From Styela clava (taxonomy: Eukaryota): a stretch of DNA of 64,000 nucleotides. This document shows positions 52,492 through 64,000 of this stretch, piece after piece. Below the pieces are notes generated by a model, which worked only from the letters and a program-made list of their open reading frames with translations, was not told where the DNA came from and did not search any database. The stretch is from assembly GCF_964204865.1 (NCBI RefSeq), contig NC_135250.1, positions 6,820,001 through 6,884,000 on the forward strand, in the 5' to 3' direction. How positions within the stretch are numbered: position 1 is the stretch's first letter; each line of letters opens with the position of its first letter. The position numbers and the translations under genes were made by a program.

Positions 52492-54794
52492 TTAGTAAGC
52501 GATTGTTTCTGGCATGCTGAATTTATGACAACCGGATAAGTACAGGGGAAATGCGCTCCAGCCACCACCGATAGTAACAAGCTTGTTGTGAACTCGTAGA
52601 ATGTCTTCTGCAGCGGGATGTGGATTACGACTGTAAACCCATGCATGCTTTGGACCTAAAAAGAGAGAATTGGAAAGCGTTTATAATGTTACATTGTCCA
52701 TGTAGAATAATCGACATTAATAAAATCGATCGATTTAAAATGGCAAAGCTTCTCACTTCTTCAATCAAATCGATCATGAAGTTGTCAGTTTTGATTTCAT
52801 CAATGGCAAACGTGATTTTCACCATACTATTTTGAAAAGAGTACAATTTGATGAATGTTTCGAATTATAGGTCTATAAACATCTGTGTCAATGTTTATAG
52901 GAAATGTTTTCGTGGTGTCAAAGGTCGGCAAAACATGCACTCTATCAACAGATGACAACGAACGATCAGGTTCGGTGATCGATTTTATAAAAGGTAATTG
53001 CGAATCGAAATATCTTCCCAATAATGAAAATCCGACGTTTTTAAATAAATCTTCCACGCGACGCTTGAAGAACCTATTTAATAACATGATAATATACGGA
53101 CATTTGATTGAATTGCAGCTGAAAGTGTTCAGCTAAATTCAATACTGACCTTCTTCACCACACTGCAAGCACATGAAATAATGCTCATAATCTGTGAAGC
53201 AACTCATCCGATGCTCATAAGCGTATCGAATCTCTGCATAACAAAAAAGTAGGTATATTTATTGATACGTTTCTTCATTAAGAGTCCAACATCTTGTTTT
53301 AAAATAATATTTATCACCAAAGGCAGGGCAAATTAGGCATTTACGGACTAAGCAATGGGTGTATCTTCCCGGCTAATCCAAAAAATGGCACTTAAAAAAA
53401 GATTAAAAAAATTTATCATTGTTATATTCATTTTGAGTTACATTTTGAATTTTTGTTATGATTGGCTCATTATATATATTTGCTACATAGTTGTTTTTGA
53501 AGTACATCTGATTTGATAAATTTTTTATCTAGAATAATTTTTAGCAATGTGAATTATAGTGATAATAATAGTTATCATAAAATGAAAGGTATCATTAAAA
53601 CATTTTACCTTCCAAAACATGTTCATCTGCTCCGTTATGTTTTGCCCCATTCAACCACAATAATTCTATAAAAAATAATCATTTGTTATAAAAGTTTAAA
53701 ATACTTCAAATATAAATTTAATAAGTAGAACATTTTACGTGCCAAAACGTGTGTCGTATCTTGTGATTGAAGTTCCATTTTGATACCAACGGAATGGTAT
53801 GACTTCGTTGATTGACATTGTACCTCTGCATAGAAAAATCATGTTAATCGTAAGCCCTTACACAAAAAGCTGAAACTTTCATTTGTAACTTCCTTTATTT
53901 CAGTCGTGAAACATTTATTTATAAAAAATATAACGTATACCGCTCCCGTTATTGGTTTATCGGATACCCGGTGGATCAATTCCCTGCGTCTGCAGAATTC
54001 GTTCTACTATTATTTGTTACACCAGTTTGTCGGATGTTACAACTTTTATAAATCTCAAACTCAGAAAATATCGGACATATTTCTTCTGAGAAAAATGATA
54101 GATTTATAGTCCTGATTAGGGTACAAACATAACTCAATCCGTAAAAAACTCAATACTAACCGGGCGAAAACGTTAAAAGCAATAATACGTCGGTATGTTT
54201 CATTTTGATCTTAAAGTCAAGCCATTTCACCTATCTCTATCGTCCGAATCTATTCGCTATTGTCAGTTGTTAACACCAGTTAACATACTTATTTAACTTT
54301 CATAATTCCGAAGACCTATTGGGCAGTCCATACCAAAACAGATTAGTAACCTTTTTACAATAAATTATTTATGTATATAAAATTATTTACTTTTCCGCTG
54401 ATGAAATATCCTGAAATTCTCCAAAAATTCCGTCGAGAGTTTCTTTGAAATACTTGAACGCATAACACGGCACACCGCGTTCAAGTGGATCATTGGTGTT
54501 CAGTATGTGATACCAAGAATCAGGAAGCTGGAATATGGTGATACAAGATTTTTACAAAAGAAGCTGGAAAATTGAATGATACAGCTGGTGGCGCAATCAA
54601 ACCCTTTCAGTCGTCACGTAATTTTCGTTCAACTCAATTCAATAATTTTTATGAATGCTCACCATATTATAATTGACTTCATCAAAAACGGGCAACGCGC
54701 AATTTTCGTTTTCACGACGGTATCCTGGTTTTCCAACTGTCGGATTGAACAACAAGCAAACTATCAAAATGGAGACACAGCTTAAGAAGATCAT
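52492..54794 (-). CDS. Secreted lipocalin (ApoD-like), copy 2
   Basis: Apparently identical to 41289-43591 at offset 11203. Confidence 0.72.
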
Positions 54795-55683
54795 TGTTAC
54801 TCGTTAGACTGTCTTCAGCGAAATGATGAAATATGCTCAGATAAAGCAATATTAAATCGGGAATGTAGGCAAAAGGAAGTACTTCTCCACGTTTTTCTCA
54901 CCTGCTGCTTAGCATGCAATGCACTACGCACGTTTCCACTGCATGTTCAGCCTATGCAATATCAAATTGCAGACGTTATGAGATTCTCTGTATGTCAATA
55001 AATCATTCTTTTCAATTCAGGCAAAGATAAGTCAAGATAGAACAAGGAGAGATGCTCAAGGATATGGACTCAAACCATCCTAAAATACTTGCACACAAAT
55101 CACTACCTTCAAAGTGCCTAACTTCGTATGAAGGACTTAATTTCAAGGTAGCGTCACCATCTTAAATCCGTTTTAAATTTACCGAATGATATATTTATTT
55201 GCTCGCATTTTATTTAAGAAATGTCGCTTTTTACCCGTGGTTAAAATGCATTCGAAATAACTCCCATTGGCGACATAATGCAATGATATTGATTGATGTT
55301 TTCTAAAATGTCATTCACATCATGGTATTTGTCTGCTTAACCTAAAACGCTAGAAACTCTCACAAATGAGGCTTGTGGACTCGTTGTCGCATGCATATTA
55401 GTGCAACCGACCACCGACTAAGTCAATAAAAATAGATTGGACAAGCGTGGCATACCAAGTGGTGGCGCAACGTACGCAAAACCAGCCCAACAACAACAAT
55501 TTGGAGAAAATCGAGTTTCACCGGAAGATCCGCACGTAAAGTGATGCAGAATCCGGTATCTACCTCGGCCGCACTATTGCTGTCGCCTAAAAAATCTTCA
55601 CGAAAGTCGAAGTATGGCCGGCTGCTTAATCTACGATTAACCGTATGAGTCAAACTGATACACACTTCAGACATGGTCCCAAC

Positions 55684-56757
55684 TAGGCTTGCACGTAATT
55701 TACGGATTTACGGAATTACGGAATTATTTCGAGTTACGGAAGCGAAGTTACGAATTACGTAAAGTCGTAATCATTGGTCGAGCGCTTTCGCGATTGAAAC
55801 GAGCTCTCTTCAGAGCAGTCAATTCCCTTGATTGTAAAAAATTAAGTTTAATAAGTAGAAGAAGTTAGAGTTCCGGTATTAGCAGCCGTTTTTCTCTCTC
55901 TTGTTACGCAGGTGGGGAAGGCATAACGCGTTGCCATTTACTAACCTATTAACAACTTATCTAGCATGGCCAAAGTACATATTAACCGTAGATAGGGAAT
56001 AGAATTGTGTTGAGACCGATGGACGCCAACACACCTGGTTTCAACTTCTTCGGGTGAAATGACTAACGAATGTAAGAGATCAACTTATCAAACATGGTCT
56101 ATTTGTAAATGCCGTGATAATTAATGTCGCGCTTATCAAACAGCCATATGACGACGGAAGAGAAATTGCGTAATAAACCAACGCAACTTACTTAAGTAGT
56201 TTTTTCGGCATCGGTAAATCGATTGAGACGGCAGAGAAAACGAAACGACGGGATTTCCCGTGTTTATTCTGCGCGAGAACCATTTTCTATTACAAAGTCG
56301 GATATTGTAAAAAAAACGGTGAAATAACTAGTCTGATTATTAAATTATAAATCTGGAATTTTTATTTAATACGAAAGTCGTATTAATACGTTAATACGAT
56401 TTTAAAAAGTCAACTATCGTTTCATAAATATCCGTATACCAGTGTTGGTAATGATAAAATTGATCGCATGAAATTGGGTGATAAAGGAAAATCAAAACTA
56501 AAACAAAAGATAAAAATCAGAATAAAATTAATTTGAATTCACTCCTTGATATTTGTCTTCAACATATGTCGCCGGCGTGTAGTACTGCCGGGAATATGAA
56601 AACCAAACTTCGATGTCCCATTCGGAATAGAAGTGGATTCAATTGGTTGTTATGATAGGTTTGAATGTGTGAAAAAAATATGGCAATTACGGGGTCATTA
56701 CGTAATCGATTTGGCCGTAATTACGGAATTGATTTTTGTCAATTACGTGCAAGCCTA
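55684..56757. mobile_element. Young hAT MITE, 1,074 bp
   Basis: Perfect 17-bp TIR taggcttgcacgtaatt / aattacgtgcaagccta; perfect 8-bp TSD gtcccaac (55676-55683, 56758-56765); ttacg subterminal repeats; absent from unit 1. Confidence 0.96.
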
Positions 56758-56907
56758 GTCCCAACAACTTGTGTTTTTTGCTAATGAAAACTTGTGTTTT
56801 TTGCTTTTAACAAGATTTATGAAAAGATATTGTTCCGGCTTTGTTCAAATTCATCACGATTATTGCGTTAATTTTCGATTCTCTTAACATTGTATAACAT
56901 TAATTAC

Positions 56908-59900
56908 CAGTGGCGGCGCGTCAATAGGGCCAACCGGGGAAATGCCCCGGTTGTTTTTTCGATATAATAAAAAATATTTGAAAAATACCTCAATATCGGT
57001 TGCACCAATGACATTAAACAACATGATGCGCAACTCCGGCATTTTTGGCCGAAGATCGTATTCGATAACACGCTCCAATGCACATACTTTACGAGACGAG
57101 AACGAGCGGATGTGTGCTGTTTTCAAGGCATGGCACGAATGGTGTTCGTGCCTGCTTTGACAGTTGTTGTCGACTTTAATGATATTTTGGAAAGTTGAGT
57201 TAAAAAAAAATCGGAAAAAGGTAAGGTAAATACTATTGTTGTATATCACACCCGGGCATCGCACTGTTAGGTGCATGTGGGAAAGCCAGCTTTTTCAAAT
57301 ACTACAAAGTTATTAATTCAGTACGGTACGTAGTTGCCCATTTGCCGAAATTGCATATTTACTTACCCCTTATGGTTTCAAATAGTTCATGTACCTCCAT
57401 TTAGATTTTTCTAACCAATGGGGATATTTACGTATTGCTGTAACATACTATTGCTCAATCACTTTTATTTGCGTATTGATTCAAAGGGTTAACAAGTTCA
57501 CCTAACATTTCACCCATTCCGGTCTATATTGTATAGTATGATCTCTCAAGTATATGAAGCCACGAATGCCTGTAATTTTTGGACTAAACCCCTTCATTAG
57601 TTGGTTTATATACCAAATTCAGTAAAACATTTTTTACACTTAACATGAGATATTGGATTTATTAACTTTTCCATTTTAAATCATATAGACTGCTTTAAAT
57701 ATTCTTGACGAAAATTAATAAATCTCCTCTCTTTCTTCAGATGTGAATGTTGTGGACAAATCTGTATAAGCATTGTGAGATTCCTGTAGCACAAGAGGCA
57801 ATAGCAAAAATAGTAAGAATATCAATCAAGAAATTAAGTCGACATAGAGCAAAACTTTCAACTATTCGTCTAACCTCAATTTCCCATTATTTATTCACAA
57901 GACAACTGTAGCAGACGGGGAGATATCAGAAGTATGGCGAAATATAAGTGACAGTGTGATTGCAAGAAATACAATTAGAGTACTCCATGAGTGTTTGCAA
58001 TAGAAGAACAACCTATGGAGGCATGCAAAGACATTTGACCCTCCGGTAGAGTTGTGTATGGGTTTTATTTGTAAAAAGGCACAAAACACGCCAGACATAC
58101 TGAAAACAGCTTTGGAAATGTAGATTATGGGTCACTCACTACACCATGTTAGAATTGGTTCCATAAAATTTTGGTAGTATAATAGAAGAAATTCAGGGAA
58201 GGGTATAATCATGATTCATGATAAAATACTGTTCAATAATTTGGACAACTTCAATATAGACCAGGGATGTCAAACTCGCGGCCCCAGAGAACTTCCAGTG
58301 CGGCCCTCGAACGCTAAACAATAATTGTAATAGATTTTTAAAAGTGTTTTTTTTTTCTAAATGTAAAAGATTTTTCCAATTTTTTGAAGTGAAATTGATT
58401 ATTCACGCAAAAAACAATTTACTGAAAGTAGTTTTGGAAAATTATTATTTTTTTGTTCACATTTTGACCCAATTAAGAATTTACAAATTAAGCTAGCAAA
58501 AGAATACTTGAATAAAACATTTGAGTGGATAAATTAAACGCAAAGTACATAAAGAAGGTGGCATTTTCGAAGAAAAATGGGAGTTACAATATTTCTGCAT
58601 TTCTCAAAATTCTGAAGCACATTGTTTTTGTTTTGTCATATTTCCATCAGTACAATGAAATAACACAATAAACTCAGCAGTCAATATGACAAATTCAAAG
58701 ACCAACTTCGAACAGAAAATTTCCATGCGTTTGTATATTAATATAATTATACAACGACTTAGTTTACTAAAAATCAATATCACCAATAATTCAATGCCAC
58801 GCAATGTGGCGCAAAATTTCTTGTCAAAAAATTCTGTCATTTGTTTGTTTACTGATCTATACGCTTTCTTGCATTACTGGAATTAATTAAACATTCTCGC
58901 AGATCCATATTAACCCATGATCATGTGACCTCGTTAGTTACTATAAGAGTCGGTACTATAAAATCATTTCAGCCTGGCCTTAGTATGCTGGTGACACAAA
59001 AAAGTTGTCAAACGTCAGGACAAATGTAATTGAGTAAACATTGAGTTTATACTACAGTATTTTGGTTAATTTTAGGTCCATATATTTAGATTAAGTCATT
59101 CTTAGTGTATGTATCATTCTTTTCCTATCCAAAGCTTGTTCAAAAATGATTTTGATGGTTGTTCATAGAATTTTATGATTTTTTTGTAATAAATACAGTA
59201 ACTTGCAATAATAGTGGAATGCAAATATTAATATTTAATTGCATTTGAAATTAGAGAAAATAATAGAACTTAATCCAACTGTTTAATTGCATCACAATAT
59301 ATGTCACAAACTAAAACTATCTTAAAAATATCTTTTAAGTATACATTATCAAAAACTGTTTGCGGCCCTTTTTACAATTTCCGAAATGCGATGCGGCATA
59401 TGGTATGACTTGTATTTGCTGTCACGATGTATTATCTCAATGTGTCAAACTTTTAATTAGTGTGCATATTTTGCTTCCAGGTAACATGAACGTATTGTCT
59501 TGTTTATTACCTCAGCTTGGAGTATTGACAAGAAAAAGGTGCCAGTAAATTACTTAAAAATTTTTTCAACTCTTTGTTATAATCTGAATTCACAATTAAT
59601 GGGAAATATAAACAGCCAACAATCAATGAGAACTATATGCAAAATTCCTCAGATTAAATTTGTCTTCTAAAATCGGAGGAAAGCAAAACATATAGGTAGT
59701 TTCCATTCATACAAGTCTTTCAAGAAGACTTGCTCGAGCCAAACTAAATGAGCATCATCAGGTGATCGGTAAGGCTGCAAGTTGAATTCAGCCCTGCAAC
59801 CTCCTGCATAGACGATAATATTAATTAGTGGGCTATGAGCTAAATTCCTAAATTTAGACACAAACATATCTACGAGGCATTATGTACCATCAATGTTAAC

Positions 59901-61379
59901 TACGATAAAATGAATATGTAATATGTCTAATAAACTCACCTACTAAAGCAAATTCGATGGGTGCAAACTTTGTGTTATGGAATTGTATCACAGCACCGTT
60001 AAGAGGAGTATAAACAGTCTTGCTGTTTTGTAAGAAACCCTCTTTAAATAAAATTTCAATGTTCAAGTACAAACATTAAAACTAGTAACCTTGAACATTG
60101 TCATTATCTGCAAAATGTTCCACACAAATCTTTACACTATCGCGTCTGTAATCTTCTCTGATAATATAAAAACGTCTATGATGTCCAGAATTACTCTGCT
60201 TAGCTTGTCTGCCATTCCAGCTTTCCAAGTGAGCAAAACTTCTTAGATTTAATGATTATTTTCTTTCGTCACAGGCGCAAAAAGGCAGATACTACACGTA
60301 AAGAAGTCGCCGAGTAGCAAAAGCGAATGGGAAACGGTCTCGAAAGGCGACGATAACTATGTGCATTGAAGCGTATCATGAAATACAATCTTTCGCGTGT
60401 AGTCTTATGGAGTGACGTCAGAGTTGCCCATCATGTTGTTAAATGTCATTGGTTGCACAGACTGTCTACACTAGCCATATTCTCCCGACACGGTTCATTT
60501 TTCGCTCGCAAAGCCTTCGCCGAACGTCGACGGGGCGACGCCGATTTTGCCCCGGTTGCTCATTGTATATCGTATTCTCTCTTTTATCTTCCACTCGCCG
60601 TGTTTGTCTCGTTTGTTTTCTGTTTCTTTTACTAAATCATCGGGGCCGATCGGGGCTAGCCCCGAAATTATGACGACACAATGCCGACGTTTCTTACAAC
60701 AACGTGTTGACATATTCACGCATTCCTTCTCGTTCGTTGGCTGCTTGAAGAGTTGATAGTTTCCTCGCCTTCGTTTTTGTCGCTTGTTTCGCTATTTGAA
60801 TCAGTTAGAGACCTTTAGTCCATTTGCTTTCGATTTTCCACATTCCTTTTGAGTTCCTCACTTCTTTCCGGCGTTATTTCTGGGATGCATGACTTTAATC
60901 AGCGCGTTATTGAGAATTTTGCTTCCAAGAAACCGCGGCGTGTTGCATATATGTTCAAGCAGTAGAAGTCTAGCAGCATATATATCTATGCGTGAGCGAC
61001 GCATGTCCTTATCTTTGCATTAACTTTCCTTTCTTCATAGTAACGTTTTAAACCTTATTTTAGGTTTTGTCTGCTTTCCCGAAGTTTCTGTTAATATGTC
61101 ATTGTATTTATCTGGGTAAATATTGCCTTTCCTTTTGAAAGAGGTTTCAAAATAAACTATGTCTATATTTATTAATCCCTTGACTTGGACCGGTTTTTAT
61201 AGACACTTTCTTATCGTTAAAAATTGTCGCTTTTGCCGATTGGTTGTTACCGATGGAATGGTTTTATACTCATAAAATGATGGGAGAACTTACAGCGCTC
61301 ATCCTGTCCCCGTAGATGGGGATGACTTGGTCCCGCAGTAGCTTGCCCCGGTTGTCAAAATGACCACGCGCCGCCACTG
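56908..61379. mobile_element. Non-autonomous hAT (Tip100-like) element, copy 2
   Basis: Same TIRs and ttaattac TSD as 44628-49099, so it was copied by the segmental duplication rather than by transposition. Confidence 0.92.
59670..60180 (-). pseudogene. P-element/THAP transposase relic, copy 2
   Basis: Duplicate of 47390-47900 at offset 12280. Confidence 0.55.
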
Positions 61380-61883
61380 TTAATTACATATATTGGAGAT
61401 GATATTGTGAAATTGAACACAATGTGGAACGCACCTTGTGGCTACTGGGACAAATTGTATTATCGTACCATTTTGTTTCTTCTTCGTGTCCATATATTTG
61501 AGCATCGCTCTCCTATAATAATTGTTTGATAATCGTAAACGCCTTTCTCTTTAAGTTTTGTGTGATGACGTCATCAAAATAAAAATTGCTTGACGTGGTT
61601 CCGTGATCAGATCTCGGTGATTTAATGGTCAGACTACTGTAAAAGTGTTTAAAGATTGAAATTTTCAATTCACGTTGAAACTGAGTCAGGAAAAATGGAT
61701 CATCGTTGCATGACCCGGAAAGCCACGACAGCCCCTTTACCGCTATGGCACCGCGATACAGGTACTTTTTTTCGAGATATAAAATTTCATTCATATATAA
61801 TTTCACCAAAGGAAAACTTGATTTTTACTAGTTGGAAAAGAGTACAATTTGGTGAATGTTTCCCGGAGGTTCGAGTTCTATGT

Positions 61884-63758
61884 CTATGTGTAGGAAATAG
61901 GTATCGTCATGTTAGCTGACAGGGAAGAACCTATAACGAGCTCATCTTGGAAATGTTGAGTGCCCTTAATATAAGAATTCAAATTATTGCACAACGGTAT
62001 TGTAGTAATTCGTCATAGTTTTGTATGTATAATATATTTTATAAACTTTTCAGATCAAAACTTCGAAAAACAACATACCTAACAGGTATAAACTGTCGGG
62101 TTTGATTCATGTACAGTTAACATAATGCATGGAAAGAATAAATACGATGGTCAGGATATTCTATTTTGCCTATCAAATATATAACATTACATTCACTCTC
62201 TGTATCGATTTTGCATATATATATAAAAATATTGAATGGATGATATTAATATAAACATCTGAAAATACCCTATCCGTGAACCAGCGATCGTCATGTGAGG
62301 TCAAGGCTAGGTATCCAAGCAACGCAGTTGATGACGTTATCACAACTTCAGCGAGAACAAAAATGCTCATGATAGTTCCAATAACTATTCCCATAGATTT
62401 GTTCTTTTCATCATAATAATCAACCTAAAATGTGCGAAACTTTTAGAAACTACCAAATGGTTTTCATTTGTCATTTTGACTGAAGTTTTGTTCAAATATT
62501 CAAGACATTTGATTTGCTATGTTCGAAGCCAAAAAGTGACACGGTTTTTAATCATTCCGTCTTATTATACAGCAATATCCAGATATTATTTATTACTTGA
62601 ATGGAGCAACATGAAGTGCATGGATGGACACGATACTCGGATCCAACAATTGCATATAAAAAGTATTACCTCTTGTGCGATAGACATTGTGATTACGGCC
62701 ATCAGCGATATCGCCATTAAAACAGCAAGCGCTGAACATCCAAATGATATAGCAGCCTAAAAAGTTTGAAAAGACGTACTAAATTAAAAGTGCCGGAGGA
62801 ATGAATTATCAGAAATTAACTATTTTCCAAATACAAACCACGAATCTGTCTTTTCGTTTGTAAGCAATAATAACGCCGAAACCGCTTAGCAATATCTGAA
62901 ACAAAAGTACAGAAGAAATTACCAATTTAATGTCAATTTACTATTGTCAATACCCACAAAATAATTCTCCAAGTTTAAATTGTTTCCACACTTGGGGTAT
63001 TGGCTAAAACTTTGATAACGTTATAAGCGAGCTTGTGTTCTTGCGCTCAGTATTTTTTTTTTTATGAAATCCATAGTGCTGTACAAAGCATAATATATAC
63101 TCACCAGAAGTGAAATCCAAACAGGAACACCGGGTGCACCAAGGAAAGATGGCGATGGAGAAGTCAATTCTTTAAATTGGCAGAAGATTGCAAGTAAATC
63201 AAGTATAATCAACATCACCCCTAAAAAATCATTCAAACCAAATCGCCTATGGCATTTGCACATCTAGTTTAATTAGCGAGACTAACTACAGTATATGGAT
63301 AGAATATTTCATGCCGTATTTTATCAGGTGGGAGAGACTGAGAGGATAATTGTTGTTAAAGGAAGGGTTCAAAAACGCGTGACAAATCAAATGCAAGTCA
63401 ACAGTTCTGACGATTGAATTAGGTTTTTGCCCTGAAGTCACAGGGAATTCACTGACTATGTGACAATATGCCCTAAAAATCAAACCCGCGGCGGTCCATA
63501 TGCCAACCCAATTGCGCCACAGGAGGAGGCCATTATGATTTCAAACAGAAATAATTTGACAATATGGACATAAAAATAATTATTAATATTAGATCAGAAC
63601 TACCTACCGCACCCGGCCTGCGCTATTCCAAATGTCAAAATCTTAGGGCTCTGATTAAATTGCACTGTATCCCCGGGTCGCATAACACGAAGATACCATA
63701 TCTGAAAACTTGTACAATATGTGTCGCAACATCCAGGATCCACTGATATTTCCGACAT
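61884..63758 (-). CDS. MS4A: MS4A-like copy 3, C-terminally truncated (215 aa), diverged introns
   Basis: Exons 63608-63758, 63105-63220, 62839-62895, 62670-62756, 62269-62424, 61884-61964; splice sites intact; same ISYT* ending. Confidence 0.75.
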
Positions 63759-64000
63759 TTTTAGTCCAAGTTAGTAATCTGATCTTCAGTTGTTTGTAAA
63801 TTGTGGAATGTCGATATCGGCGAATAGTAATCACAAATTGTTCAGAAAAACAAAAACAAAAAACTTCTAAATTGCTTTTAAAAATCAAATTGGAGCTATA
63901 TCTTCATTTCTGAAATAGAAACGCTGACGTCACTTACGGAGACAATCACACAGAACATTATTGTTGTACAGAATGGGGTACTTGAAAATCAAAAGCAGTG
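61899..64000. repeat. Tandem segmental duplication, unit 3 (partial, more diverged)
   Basis: Colinear with 38416-~40487 but has many intronic substitutions and indels (7-bp deletion near 62084, insertion near 63520-63550). Confidence 0.95.

Larger units (their letters stand above)
49619..61898. repeat. Tandem segmental duplication, unit 2 (12,280 bp; unit 1 plus a MITE)
   Basis: Offset to unit 1 changes from 11203 to 12280 across 55684-56760; otherwise only a handful of substitutions seen. Confidence 0.97.

Noticed and set aside
56908-61379. Second hAT copy as an independent transposition
   Set aside because: The TSD and flanks are identical to copy 1, so it was duplicated passively with the segment.

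Overview
AT-rich, intron-rich metazoan DNA; the gene families and repeats suggest an invertebrate chordate such as an ascidian, which is inference. It is not prokaryotic, and I found no CRISPR array, rRNA or tRNA gene. Exons were assembled by hand from GT-AG sites and reading phase. Left to right: the 5' part of a divergent DNAH5/8-like axonemal dynein heavy chain (-, runs off the left edge) with an intronic 31-bp minisatellite and an RFX X-box upstream; a complete 8-exon galactose-3-O-sulfotransferase (+); a complete 15-exon GAREM-like CABIT+SAM adaptor (-). From 38416 onward is a tandem triplication of an ~11.2-kb unit carrying an MS4A/CD20-like gene, a secreted lipocalin-like gene and a 4.5-kb hAT element containing P-element/THAP relics. 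Main observations: (i) the duplication breakpoint creates tail-truncated four-TM MS4A paralogues whose differences in exons 1-5 are all synonymous; (ii) the middle unit is a recombinant whose crossover maps to ~50 bp; (iii) a hAT MITE present in unit 2 has left an apparent excision footprint in unit 1. SINEs, MITEs and a piggyBac relic fill the introns.
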